Assembly: GCA_963664705.1 (NCBI GenBank) | Contig: OY761556.1 | Coordinates: 4,256,001-4,320,000 of the forward strand | Reading direction: 5' to 3' | DNA: 64,000 nt | DNA from: Acidobacteriota bacterium | GTDB lineage: Bacteria > Acidobacteriota > UBA6911 | Shown: piece after piece, positions 48,691 to 58,586 of the stretch | How the letters are laid out: each line of letters starts with the position of its first letter | How positions within the stretch are numbered: the first letter of the stretch is position 1 | Translations under genes and position numbers: made by a program | Notes under the pieces: generated by a model | Told to the model about the DNA's origin: nothing | The model's input: the letters and a program-made list of their open reading frames with translations, nothing else | Database searches by the model: none

Positions 48691-50952
48691 ATGTCTACCA
48701 ACACGCTTAAAACGGCAGCTATTGTATGTTTCATTGTTGCAATGGGCGGGCTCCTGCTCGGCGGCATGTTTGCCAACCGCGAGGCGCCTCCTTATCCCGG
48801 GCAGGTTGTGGGACCGGAGGGTACCGTTCTTTTCACCAAAGCGGATATTCTAGCCGGACAGGATGTATACCAGCGTTATGGGCTGATGGATCATGGCAGC
48901 GTCTGGGGTCACGGCTCTCAGCGCGGAGCTGAGTTTTCGGCCTTAACGCTGCATATGGTAGGAGTGCGTGTACAGGAAAGCATTTCGGAAAACCTCTATA
49001 GTCGCCCCTATTCCGGGCTGGGCACAGAGGAACGCGATCTGGTCGACATCCGGACGCGACGACTGATGAAAACAAACCGCTATGATGCGGCAACGGATTC
49101 GCTTCGCCTTGAACCAGGTCAGGTTGCAGCTCTGGCCGACGTTGAAAAATACTGGGAGCATACTTTTAGAGACGGCGATACGAGTTATGGGTTTCTTGCC
49201 GGCACGATACCAACTCCCGAAGAGAGAAAGCAGATAGGCCGGTTCTTCTTCTGGACCTCGTGGGCGGCTTCGACACTTCGCCCCAACACTGATCACACCT
49301 ATACAAACAACTGGCCGCCGGATCGCGCGGTCGGCAATGCGGCAACAACCCAAACCTATATATGGAGCATTGCCGGCATCATCTCGCTGTTCGTTACGCT
49401 GGGGCTCTTCATTTACTGGGTACACCATGATCACCTCTGGTACGGAGAACCTCAGGGGATTCCCCTTGCGGAGAAGCTCGTCGAAATGCCCCTGACTTCC
49501 AGCCAGATGAAAGCCGCAAAATATTTCCTGGTGGTCATTCTGCTGTTCCTGGTGCAAACCTCATTCGGCGGCCTGCTTGCACACTACACGGTGCATCCGG
49601 GCAGTTTCTATATCCCTCTTGTTGGGAAACTCATTCCCTATAGCTGGGCAAAATCCTGGCATCTGCAATTGGCAATCTTCTGGATTGCCACAACCTGGGT
49701 AGCCTCGGCCATCTACCTGGCTCCAATCATTGGCGGCCGGGAACCAAAGGGGCAAGGCATTCTTGTCCAGGCCTTGTTTGGAGCAATCCTGATTGTTGCC
49801 GTGGGCAGCCTCACGGGAGAAGTTGCAGGGATCAAGGGGATGCTCGGAAATATGTGGTTCTGGTTCGGGCACCAGGGCTGGGAATTTCTGGAGCTTGGAA
49901 GACTCTGGCAGATTCTGCTTTTTGTCGGATTGTTGGCCTGGCTGTTTATCGTATACCGCGCCGTGAGCAATCGCACCACTCGAATTGGCGATGCAGACTT
50001 CAAAAGTCTGGTCAATTTCTACGTGCTCAGTGCAATTCTGGTGGTTGTGTTCTTCGCATTCGGACTTCTGTTTAGCAGAGGCTCGCATTTGACAGTCGCC
50101 GATTACTGGCGCTGGTTTGTTGTCCACATCTGGGTTGAAAGCATTTTCGAGTTCTTCGGGGTCGCCGTGATTTCGGTCCTGCTGGTGTCAATGGGATTAG
50201 CTTCGGCTAAGGGCGCTCTCAGGGTTGCCTATTTTACCGCGGCGCTTGTGTTCCTTAGTGGGATCCTCGGCACAGCCCATCACTACTTCTGGTACGGTGG
50301 ACCTTCGCTCTGGCTTGCAATCGGTTCGGTCTTTTCCAGTATGGAACCTGTACCTATGTTTGGACTTGTCGTTCGAGGTCTGATGGAATACCGTTCCATC
50401 CAGAAACAGGGTCAGCAGTTCTCCTATAAATGGCCGATGTATTTCCTCGTTGCCAGCTCCTTCTGGAATTTTCTGGGAGCCGGAGTATTTGGTTTCCTGA
50501 TCAATCTCCCGATTGTGAACTATTACGAGCACGGAACCTACCTCACGATGAATCATGGGCACGGCGCGCTTTTCGGAGTATACGGCATGCTGTCCATCGC
50601 TTTGCTTCTGTTTTCGTGGCGTGGCCTGGTGGAGCGCACGCACTGGTCGGACGTCCCGCTCCGAATTTCATTCTGGGGCTTTAATGCAGGCCTCCTGGTA
50701 ATGACCCTCGGCACTCTTTTCCCGATCGGTATCGCGCAGGCCTGGACTAGTTTCCGGGAAGGGCTATGGGTTGCCCGGGATGCGAGCTTCTTTGCACGAC
50801 CATTCGTTTCGTTTCTTGGACAGTTCAGGATTATCCCGGACACCATCATTATCGTGCTGGGAGTAATTCCACTGGTGATCTTCCTCTTCAGGACATTCCC
50901 GCACCTGAAGCCACTGCAGACAAAAGAGACACTGGATTCGGAAAAGGTGTAA
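48691..50952 (+). CDS. norZ: Quinol-dependent nitric oxide reductase (qNOR)
   Basis: GSVWGHG, YTNNWP, HLQLAIFW, VHIWVES, GTAHHYFW and HGHGALFG motifs. Confidence 0.9.
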   Translation: MSTNTLKTAAIVCFIVAMGGLLLGGMFANREAPPYPGQVVGPEGTVLFTKADILAGQDVYQRYGLMDHGSVWGHGSQRGAEFSALTLHMVGVRVQESISENLYSRPYSGLGTEERDLVDIRTRRLMKTNRYDAATDSLRLEPGQVAALADVEKYWEHTFRDGDTSYGFLAGTIPTPEERKQIGRFFFWTSWAASTLRPNTDHTYTNNWPPDRAVGNAATTQTYIWSIAGIISLFVTLGLFIYWVHHDHLWYGEPQGIPLAEKLVEMPLTSSQMKAAKYFLVVILLFLVQTSFGGLLAHYTVHPGSFYIPLVGKLIPYSWAKSWHLQLAIFWIATTWVASAIYLAPIIGGREPKGQGILVQALFGAILIVAVGSLTGEVAGIKGMLGNMWFWFGHQGWEFLELGRLWQILLFVGLLAWLFIVYRAVSNRTTRIGDADFKSLVNFYVLSAILVVVFFAFGLLFSRGSHLTVADYWRWFVVHIWVESIFEFFGVAVISVLLVSMGLASAKGALRVAYFTAALVFLSGILGTAHHYFWYGGPSLWLAIGSVFSSMEPVPMFGLVVRGLMEYRSIQKQGQQFSYKWPMYFLVASSFWNFLGAGVFGFLINLPIVNYYEHGTYLTMNHGHGALFGVYGMLSIALLLFSWRGLVERTHWSDVPLRISFWGFNAGLLVMTLGTLFPIGIAQAWTSFREGLWVARDASFFARPFVSFLGQFRIIPDTIIIVLGVIPLVIFLFRTFPHLKPLQTKETLDSEKV

Positions 50953-50976
50953 CGGGTGGGGTTGTTGCCGGTCACG

Positions 50977-51014
50977 GGTTCCAGGTTGATTGTTTTGAAT
51001 CTCAACCTGGAACC
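50977..51014. repeat. 13-bp perfect inverted repeat between qNOR and hemerythrin genes
   Basis: GGTTCCAGGTTGA ... TCAACCTGGAACC with no U-tract. Confidence 0.75.
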
Positions 51015-51063
51015 TGAAGCAGGAAAGTTGGAAAACCTGCTATCCCCTGCTTAAGGAGGCAAT

Positions 51064-51624
51064 ATGAATACTGCAACAGGAATACTTCGTGACGAGCATA
51101 AAGCCATCTTAAAAATGCTCGATGCGCTGGAAGAGACTGCACAACAGATTCAACAAGGGAAGGAAGTCTCTGCGGAAACTCTTTCGGGTCTGTTGGAGTT
51201 TCTTCGGATATTCGCAGATCGCTGCCATCACGGCAAGGAAGAGGAGTGCCTGTTCCCGCTGCTTGAGAAAAAAGGACTGCCGCACGATGCGGGACCGCTA
51301 GCGGTCATGCTCCATGAGCATGGGTTGGGAAGAGAATTGATTCGGAACATGGTTGAGGCTTCCGACGCAGTAACCGCCGGGCAAAAGGGAGAGGCTCATC
51401 AATGGGCCAGGGCGGCCATGGAGTATGCGGCGCTGCTTCGAGCCCATATTTCAAAAGAAAACGACATCCTTTTTGTATTGGCCGACCAGTTGCTCTCAGA
51501 ATCCGAACAGATGCGCATGATCGAGGCCTTTGAGGATGTGGAGACAAACAAGATTGGGGCCGGAACGCATGAACGTTTGCATGGCCTGATGGATAGGTTA
51601 TATGGAGAGATCTTTAAAAAATAA
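51064..51624 (+). CDS. Hemerythrin (HHE cation-binding) domain protein
   Basis: EH, HHGKEE, EH and HISKENDILF motifs. Confidence 0.88.
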   Translation: MNTATGILRDEHKAILKMLDALEETAQQIQQGKEVSAETLSGLLEFLRIFADRCHHGKEEECLFPLLEKKGLPHDAGPLAVMLHEHGLGRELIRNMVEASDAVTAGQKGEAHQWARAAMEYAALLRAHISKENDILFVLADQLLSESEQMRMIEAFEDVETNKIGAGTHERLHGLMDRLYGEIFKK

Positions 51625-51640
51625 GGGGCAATCACGCACC

Positions 51641-52639
51641 ATGGCGGAATTAGCAGAGCAACCCCTGTTCATGAGGCGCGTGATCCAGGGTGTATTTCTC
51701 GCGTTAAACATCTGGATTGCGGTGCAATTCGTATTTTTCGTGCGCTATTTCGAATCGGGCGGGCAGGCGGCACAGGTGCCCCGTCCGCCCGGAGTAGAAG
51801 GCTGGCTTCCCATCGCGGGATTGATGAATCTGAAGTACCTTGTTATCACGGGACAGATTCCTGGCATTCATCCCGCCGCGATGTTTCTGCTGCTGACTTT
51901 TCTCATCGTTTCCTTCCTGCTGCGAAAAGCATTCTGCAGCTGGTTGTGTCCAGTTGGAACACTATCTGAGTTCCTATGGAAACTCGGCCAGAAGCTGCTC
52001 AAACGATCCTGGGAATTCCCTCGATGGATTGATGCTATTTTGCGGTCGCTCAAATACCTTCTGCTTGCTTTCTTTGTGTTTGCCTTGGGCGGCATGACTG
52101 CCGGCGCAATCGAGGCCTTTCAAACGAGCCCCTATGGCCTGGTGGCGGACATTAAGATGCTTCACTTTTTCCGCTACCTCAGTACCACCGCTGCCATTAC
52201 GATAGGCGCTTTGGTCGTCCTCTCCATTTTCTTCAAAAATTTCTGGTGCCGGTATCTCTGTCCTTACGGCGCCCTGATGGGAATCGCCGCAATCTGCAGC
52301 CCGGCAACAATTCGCCGAGATAAAAACCGGTGCATTGAATGTGGGAAGTGCACACGGGCCTGCCCGTCATTGCTGAAAGTCGATGCGCTGGTTTCCATCC
52401 GCTCCGCCGAATGTACGGGATGCATGGATTGCGTAGCGGTATGCCCTGCCGAAGGCGCACTGCAGATGTCTTTGGGGCGCAGATATCGATTGGCTCCGTG
52501 GATGCTGGCTGCCGGCCTGGCTATTCTGTTCGTTGGAATAGTCGGGTATGCAAAATGGAGCGGATCATGGCATAGCGCCATCCCTGATGTAGTTTACCAA
52601 CAGCTGATTCCTCATCTCGACGAACTCAGCCATCCCTGA
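51641..52639 (+). CDS. Membrane 4Fe-4S protein (YccM/NapH/MauN-like)
   Basis: Two CxxxCP motifs (CSWLCP and CRYLCP) and two CxxCxxCxxxCP ferredoxin motifs. Confidence 0.88.
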   Translation: MAELAEQPLFMRRVIQGVFLALNIWIAVQFVFFVRYFESGGQAAQVPRPPGVEGWLPIAGLMNLKYLVITGQIPGIHPAAMFLLLTFLIVSFLLRKAFCSWLCPVGTLSEFLWKLGQKLLKRSWEFPRWIDAILRSLKYLLLAFFVFALGGMTAGAIEAFQTSPYGLVADIKMLHFFRYLSTTAAITIGALVVLSIFFKNFWCRYLCPYGALMGIAAICSPATIRRDKNRCIECGKCTRACPSLLKVDALVSIRSAECTGCMDCVAVCPAEGALQMSLGRRYRLAPWMLAAGLAILFVGIVGYAKWSGSWHSAIPDVVYQQLIPHLDELSHP

Positions 52640-52656
52640 CAAAAATCCCGCTATTC

Positions 52657-52702
52657 CGGGTTTGACCTCAAAAGTTGAATTTCATTTTTAAGGTCAAACC
52701 CG
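52657..52702. terminator. Hairpin between convergent YccM and acs genes, probable bidirectional terminator
   Basis: CGGGTTTGACCT ... AGGTCAAACCCG. Confidence 0.6.
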
Positions 52703-52727
52703 ATTTTGCCGGCTTTCAATGGGTGGG

Positions 52728-54632
52728 CTATTCCTCTAAAGTGGAGGTATCGCCTTCACTCAAGCCCTGCATGCGAGCTTTCAGAACGCGCCGAAGTATT
52801 TTGCCCGACCGCGTTTTGGGCAACTTCTCGACAAACCTGATTTCCTCGGGTTTGGCGATAGGTCCCATTTCAGAGCCTACATACTGCCGCAGTTCTTCTT
52901 CCAGTTCCTTGGATGCAGTGAAGCCCTGCTTCAGAAGGACAAAAGTGTGGATGGCCTGTCCCTTGACCTCATGAGGCAAACCAATGGCAGCGGCCTCCGC
53001 CACGGCGGGATGGGAAGTGAGCGCCGATTCAATCTCCGCAGTCCCCAATCGGTACCCGGATACCTTGATCACTTCATCAACGCGCCCTATGATCCAATAA
53101 TATCCATCTTTGTCACACCGCGCCGAATCGCCAGTAAAGTATACATCCTTGAAGCGTGACCAGTATTGCTGGACATAGCGATCCGGGTCGCCGTAAATCG
53201 TGCGAAGCATTGCGGGCCAGGGTCGCTTCAGCACCAGATACCCTTCTTCGCCCGCTTTTACAGAATTCCCATTCTCATCAACAATATCGGCCTCCTGTCC
53301 AAAAAACGGACGCGTGCCGGACCCGGGCTTCAACGGCAGCGATGGTACGGGTGTAATCATGAACATGCCGGTTTCCGTTTGCCACCAGGTATCCATGATC
53401 GGGCAGCGCTCTTTCCCGATGTTCTTGTAATACCAGCGCCACGCCTCCGGATTAATGGGTTCGCCAACCGATCCAAGCAATCTGAGCGAGGACAGATCGC
53501 GTCGGTTAGGCCAAGCCTCACCAAAGCGCATGAGTCCGCGAATGGCTGTGGGAGAGGTATAGAACACATTGACGCCATACTTTTCCACCATTGACCACCA
53601 ACGATCCGGGTACGGGAAGGTCGGAGCGCCTTCGTACAAAATCTCGGATGCGCCGAGCAGCAAGGGCCCATAGACGATGTACGAATGCCCGGTGATCCAC
53701 CCGGGATCAGCCGCACACCAATAACGATCTTCATCCCTCAGATCAAAAACGCATTTTAGGGTCGTGGCAACGCCGACCTGATAACCTCCATGGGTGTGGA
53801 TGATCGCCTTCGGCTTGCCCGTTGTCCCGGACGTATAAAGCATGAACAAGGGATCTTCAGAATCCAGCACCTCCGTTGGACAGCGCCAGTCGGCGATCGG
53901 TAATGCCATCAGGTCATGCCACCACATGTCGCGCCCTTCTTCCATATCGATGGGCTGCCCCGTGCGTTTGAAGACGACGACATGCTCCACTATCGGGGCT
54001 CGACGGATGGCTTCATCGGCAATCTTTTTCAGTTCGACGATCTTGCCGTTGACATAGGACCCGTCACAGGTGATCACCACACGCGACAGCGAGTCTTCGA
54101 TGCGTCCATGAAGAGCTTCCGTGGAAAATCCGCCATACACCACCGAATGAACGGCGCCTATCTTGGCGCAGGCCAGCATGGCGATAGGCAGTTCCGGAAC
54201 CCGGCCCATATAGATGGTGACCCGATCCCCCTTCCGCACGCCGAGCGCTTTCAGCACGCTGGCGAATTTGCTCACTTCCCGATTCAGCGCAAAATAAGAA
54301 AAAGTTCGCTGTTCTCCCTTTTCCCCCTCCCAGATCAGGGCCAGTTTATTGCGACGCGCTGTTTTCAAATGACGGTCAATAGCGTTGTAGACAATGTTCG
54401 TTTTCGCATCGACGAACCATTTGAAAAAAGGCTTCTTTGAATCATCCAGAACCTTTGTCCATGGGCGATGCCAGTCAATCAGCTCTTTGGCGCACTGCTC
54501 CCAAAAACCAAGATAATCTGCGTCGGCGCGGCGAGCGACTTCATTCCAGTCCTTGATATATGCGCTAGACAGAATGTCCGGTGAAGGATAGTACACTTCC
54601 TCGCGCGAAACCTCGACCACCTGATCGGCCAT
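52728..54632 (-). CDS. acs: Acetyl-CoA synthetase (AMP-forming)
   Basis: YTSGTTGKPK, DTWWQTETG, PKTRSGKILRR and GDTSTL motifs. Confidence 0.93.
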   Translation of the reverse strand: MADQVVEVSREEVYYPSPDILSSAYIKDWNEVARRADADYLGFWEQCAKELIDWHRPWTKVLDDSKKPFFKWFVDAKTNIVYNAIDRHLKTARRNKLALIWEGEKGEQRTFSYFALNREVSKFASVLKALGVRKGDRVTIYMGRVPELPIAMLACAKIGAVHSVVYGGFSTEALHGRIEDSLSRVVITCDGSYVNGKIVELKKIADEAIRRAPIVEHVVVFKRTGQPIDMEEGRDMWWHDLMALPIADWRCPTEVLDSEDPLFMLYTSGTTGKPKAIIHTHGGYQVGVATTLKCVFDLRDEDRYWCAADPGWITGHSYIVYGPLLLGASEILYEGAPTFPYPDRWWSMVEKYGVNVFYTSPTAIRGLMRFGEAWPNRRDLSSLRLLGSVGEPINPEAWRWYYKNIGKERCPIMDTWWQTETGMFMITPVPSLPLKPGSGTRPFFGQEADIVDENGNSVKAGEEGYLVLKRPWPAMLRTIYGDPDRYVQQYWSRFKDVYFTGDSARCDKDGYYWIIGRVDEVIKVSGYRLGTAEIESALTSHPAVAEAAAIGLPHEVKGQAIHTFVLLKQGFTASKELEEELRQYVGSEMGPIAKPEEIRFVEKLPKTRSGKILRRVLKARMQGLSEGDTSTLEE

Positions 54633-54828
54633 AATCCGTCTCCCTGTTCTGATACTTCTGGTTCTTGCCGTTGATAAAACTGAGAAATCTAACGAATACC
54701 CCTCGATGAGGCTTTGTAGCTATTATGCCACAATGTAGCAACGAGGGGCCTGAAGAAGTGAAGTGGGGGGGGGCTTGAAGGCTCCGGAACTCCGGGAAGC
54801 CCGGAACCTTCAAGGTATTCGAATTCGC

Positions 54829-56283
54829 CTACTTTGAGGAGCCTGACTTCAACAGTTCAATCTGCCCCTTGCGCGCCAGGTCAATGGCCTCCCCAAGAAT
54901 GCGGCTTGCCTCCTGGGGCGCATGGAATCCCATTGAATTTTCAGCATTGACGAAATCAACGCGCCATTGAGCACTGCGCTGCATCTCCCGCACAGCCTGC
55001 AGCTGCGCATCCGTTTTGCCGGATGCCTTTGCCGCTGAAATCGCTTGGATCAGATCGACGGCAGCATCTTCCGCACGGAGCAAAAGATTGTGATTCCGTT
55101 CCTGGATGATCTCCACCCTCGATTTGATTTCCTCTTCCGAGAAACGATGGCAGACCTGGCAGGAGTTGGAAATATTCAGTAGCGGGCTGCGCACGGAATG
55201 ATTACTGATTTTAATTGCCCCTTCCCTCGTATAGGGCATGTGACAATCGGCGCAAGCCACACCGCTGCGGGCATGAATGCCCTGGCTCCACATTTCGAAT
55301 TCCGGATGCTGAGCTTTCAGAACCTCCGCACCGCTTTCCGCATGCTTCCAGTCATAAAAGCGGTTGCCGTCACTGAATTTGTAGCTGTTGTAGTAGGCCT
55401 CAATTTCCTCGACCTTCAATCCATTGTTCCACGGATAAAAGAGCGTGGCCTTGGGTCCGCAGTAATATTCCACATGGCATTGCGCGCACACCAGCGATCG
55501 CATTTCCTGGCGCGAGGCCAGGGTATTGGGATCATACGGCTCCTCGCGGCTGCTCGTCCGCCATTTCTCGATGGAAGGCAGATGCGCCACCGAGGCTGTT
55601 GATGTCGCCAGGGAGCGTATTCCCAGAATAAATCCGGGGCGCGTTACACGCAGTTGCATCGATTTGGGATCGTGGCAGTCAATGCAGGCCACCGGATGCT
55701 CCACAAGCTTGGTTGCTTCGGAGTACGGCATCGTGCCGATTTTTTCGAAGCCCTTCAGCAATTGCATATAGCCATTCGCACTGACCACCGGATCGTCGAG
55801 ATTGCCGGGAGCGCCATTCTCCAGGCCAACCTTGCGGTAAACTCCAACGTTCGAGGCATGGCACTGCAGACAGGCTCCAGTCTGTTTGAACGGAAGCTGT
55901 ACGCGCTTGGTCTCGCGCTGATCGGACAACATATACGCGTGACCGCGCCGCGCCCGGAAATCCACCGAGAAGGCATATCCCGCAAAAATCGTCTTCAGGC
56001 GGGGATCCTGGACCAATTTATCCGTTGCCAGCGATTCAGATCCACCACCGCCGTATTTTGTACCGGTGCGCTCTGCCGTGCGCTTGTAGCCATCATACTG
56101 GCGCGGAAAATTCTTTCCCCATTCGGCAGGATCTACGGTCCGCTCTGTTAGGTCGACAATTTTGAATACAACCTGCTTGGATTCTTCCTTGCGCGTGGCG
56201 ATCTGCTCTCGCATCCAGAGAACAGCAGCAGTCGCGATCGCCACCAATGCGATAATGATAATCGGAGAGTATTTTTTGCTCAT
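54829..56283 (-). CDS. nrfA: Ammonia-forming cytochrome c nitrite reductase NrfA, CxxCH-type active-site heme
   Basis: Five CxxCH motifs (CLQCH, CIDCH, CAQCHVEYY, CADCH, CQVCH), plus RGHAY, KAQHPEFE and ENSMGFHAP. Confidence 0.92.
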   Translation of the reverse strand: MSKKYSPIIIIALVAIATAAVLWMREQIATRKEESKQVVFKIVDLTERTVDPAEWGKNFPRQYDGYKRTAERTGTKYGGGGSESLATDKLVQDPRLKTIFAGYAFSVDFRARRGHAYMLSDQRETKRVQLPFKQTGACLQCHASNVGVYRKVGLENGAPGNLDDPVVSANGYMQLLKGFEKIGTMPYSEATKLVEHPVACIDCHDPKSMQLRVTRPGFILGIRSLATSTASVAHLPSIEKWRTSSREEPYDPNTLASRQEMRSLVCAQCHVEYYCGPKATLFYPWNNGLKVEEIEAYYNSYKFSDGNRFYDWKHAESGAEVLKAQHPEFEMWSQGIHARSGVACADCHMPYTREGAIKISNHSVRSPLLNISNSCQVCHRFSEEEIKSRVEIIQERNHNLLLRAEDAAVDLIQAISAAKASGKTDAQLQAVREMQRSAQWRVDFVNAENSMGFHAPQEASRILGEAIDLARKGQIELLKSGSSK

Positions 56284-56297
56284 ATCCGGTATAACCC

Positions 56298-56741
56298 TCA
56301 GCGGTTGGGCCCATGCCCGACACTGTCATGGCAGCGGACACAGTAAAGTTCTTCGTCTTTAATTGTCCTGTGCGCGGTTATCTCCCGAACAAACTGCTTG
56401 TGACAATACAGGCAGTTCGCATTCAATACCGCGGCATTCGCGGTCTTGATGCGAATGGGCTCGTCAAAATTCATCAATGTGAAGGCAACAGAGTGATGAT
56501 ATCCGTTGCTGGCCTTGGTCGTCCATTTGCCGATGAAATCGTGCGGCATGTGACAGTCGCCACAGACAGCAAAGGAGTGATGGCTGGCTTTCTGCCAGCC
56601 GTCATATTCGCTGCGCATGATGTGGCAATTGACGCAAGCCTCTGGATTGTTCGACAGATAGGATGCCCCGCGGGCGTAGAAAAACGTATAGCCGCCTGCA
56701 CCCAGGAAAACTCCAATTATTGCACTCAGCAGCAATTTCAT
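56298..56741 (-). CDS. nrfH: Tetraheme quinol dehydrogenase NrfH
   Basis: TM anchor, [16 protein letters not shown] and four CxxCH motifs. Start uncertain (ORF opens at 56819). Confidence 0.9.
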   Translation of the reverse strand: MKLLLSAIIGVFLGAGGYTFFYARGASYLSNNPEACVNCHIMRSEYDGWQKASHHSFAVCGDCHMPHDFIGKWTTKASNGYHHSVAFTLMNFDEPIRIKTANAAVLNANCLYCHKQFVREITAHRTIKDEELYCVRCHDSVGHGPNR

Positions 56742-56848
56742 ATCATGAAAAACAGTTAATTTTTGACTGGAGCAGAGAGTATCACAGATTTGCGAAATCT
56801 TCGATACCATGGACCGCACGAATGCCCTGCGTCAATGCCTCCGGCTTC

Positions 56849-57799
56849 CTAGACGGCAGCCAGGAGCGCTCGTTTGACGAGCGTCTTGGCGATCTGGACT
56901 TTGTACTTGGTGGCACTCAACGGCTTGGCGTCTTCAACCGCAGCCGCGCCGGCCGCTTCGGCATTGGCTTCATTGATAGCCTTGCCTGCGATCGCCGCTT
57001 CGGCCTTGACCGCGCGATACGGTTTCGGGGCAACGGCATTCAGAGCAATCCTCGGAGCTCCTCCCCCCACCATCACGGCACAGTTGACGATCGGGAAATC
57101 GATCGACTTGCGGATGGCGAATTTGAGAAAAGCGCTCTTGGCACCGGCCGGAGGGGTCGGGACCTGGATTTCGGTGATGAATTCGCCGGCAGCGAGAACG
57201 GTGTTGCCGGGGAATTTGACATCAAAGAAATTCTCGGCATTGATCTTGCGCGTGTTGGTCACCACGGAGGCATTCAAAGCAATGAGAGCCGGGGCGACGT
57301 CGCTGGGATGAACGGCGATGCACTTGTTGACGTTGCCGAAGATGGAGTGATAGCGGTTGTCGCCCATCATAGCAAAGCAGGTCGTGCCACCCTTGCGGAC
57401 GCAAGGGAACCGGTTTTCCGGCTTCCGGAAGTACCAGCAGCGGTGGAGCTGAGCGATGTTGCCGCCGATGGTGCCCATGTCGCGGACATGGGGCGTGGCG
57501 ACGCGCAGAGCTGCCTGAGCCAGAGCGGTGTATTTCGCATTGATGTCCTTGTTGGCGGTGATATCCGCAAGGCGTGTGGTGGCACCGATTTTCAGGATAC
57601 CGGCTTCTTCCTTGATGTAATCGAGACCCGGGGTAACGGTCTTGATGTTAATCACGGCTTCGGGGTACGTGGGAAGGATGTTGTCCTTGAGCCGGCCGAT
57701 GAGATCGGTGCCCCCGGCAATGATTTCTGTTTTTCCGCCGGCAAGGGCAGTTTTGACCTCGGCCAGGGTTTTTGCATTCGTATGATTGAAACCTTTCAT
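56849..57799 (-). CDS. Xanthine-dehydrogenase-family FAD subunit (PaoB/YagS-like, with 4-Cys insert)
   Basis: AGGTDL, TIGGN, RCWYFR...C...C...CIAVHPSD motifs. Confidence 0.88.
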   Translation of the reverse strand: MKGFNHTNAKTLAEVKTALAGGKTEIIAGGTDLIGRLKDNILPTYPEAVINIKTVTPGLDYIKEEAGILKIGATTRLADITANKDINAKYTALAQAALRVATPHVRDMGTIGGNIAQLHRCWYFRKPENRFPCVRKGGTTCFAMMGDNRYHSIFGNVNKCIAVHPSDVAPALIALNASVVTNTRKINAENFFDVKFPGNTVLAAGEFITEIQVPTPPAGAKSAFLKFAIRKSIDFPIVNCAVMVGGGAPRIALNAVAPKPYRAVKAEAAIAGKAINEANAEAAGAAAVEDAKPLSATKYKVQIAKTLVKRALLAAV

Positions 57800-57811
57800 G
57801 AGTGTCTCCTC

Positions 57812-58537
57812 CTATGCCTTGCCCATAGCCTGAGCGGCTTCCATAATTGCGGTAGGATGCCGCGGGTAGGTTCCGCAGCAGCAGATATTGCCGGCGAGAG
57901 CCTGTTTGCAGTCATTCTCGGTCGGGTTGGGATTCTTCTGCAGCAGAGCCTTGGCCGAAACGACGAAGCCCGGAGTGCAGTAGCCGCACTGCATCGCGTC
58001 CCACTTGCAGTAGGACTGGATGAGGGAGCGCCATTTGGGATCGGCAGCAATGCCTTCAACGGTCTCGATGGATTTGCCCTCGCATTCGACCGCCAGGGTC
58101 GAGCAGGAGAGGACGGTTCTGCCGTCAATGTTCACGGAGCAGGAACCGCATACGCCGCGGTCGCACATCTGCTTGGCTCCGGTAAGACCGAGTTTGAACT
58201 GCAGGGTGCGCTGAAGAGTCCAATGGGGCTCGATGAGAACTTCGTAGTCCTTGCCATTGACTTTGAGCTTGGTGGTAATGGGAAGGACCTGTCCGGGATG
58301 CGCCTGGGCGAAATGGGCCTTGAGGCCGCCGTAGGTGTTGAAATCCTTGGCGCAGATCGGGCACCTGAAATTGGTGATGGTCGAAGGGGCCTCTGCAGCA
58401 GCAGCGGCAGCCGCTTCGGTAGACAGGGTCAGACCTGCTCCCAGAGAACTGCCGGCAACCACAGCACCGGCGCTTTTAAGGAAGTTTCTTCTTCCTATCC
58501 CAACTCGTTCACTTCCACGGTCGTCTTGATCGGTCAT
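57812..58537 (-). CDS. Tat-exported 2x[2Fe-2S] subunit (PaoA/CoxS-like) with inserted C2H2 zinc-finger motif
   Basis: RRNFLK, CPIC-X12-HFAQAH, CDRGVCGSC, QCGYCTPG and NICCCG motifs. Confidence 0.87.
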   Translation of the reverse strand: MTDQDDRGSERVGIGRRNFLKSAGAVVAGSSLGAGLTLSTEAAAAAAAEAPSTITNFRCPICAKDFNTYGGLKAHFAQAHPGQVLPITTKLKVNGKDYEVLIEPHWTLQRTLQFKLGLTGAKQMCDRGVCGSCSVNIDGRTVLSCSTLAVECEGKSIETVEGIAADPKWRSLIQSYCKWDAMQCGYCTPGFVVSAKALLQKNPNPTENDCKQALAGNICCCGTYPRHPTAIMEAAQAMGKA

Positions 58538-58586
58538 ATTGAGCTCCTATTCCTTGGTAGATTAGTCCCACGGCGAACCTGTGTAA

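Noticed and set aside
48691-50952. Possible nitric oxide dismutase (NOD) rather than qNOR
   Set aside because: The FeB-site His pair (GTAHH), the VHxWVE Glu and the quinol-site His/Asp appear intact, so it reads as an ordinary qNOR.
54765-54812. G9 run and hairpin upstream of acs as a phase-variation switch
   Set aside because: It lies beside the hairpin downstream of nrfA and I could not place it in a promoter spacer, so there is no supporting evidence.
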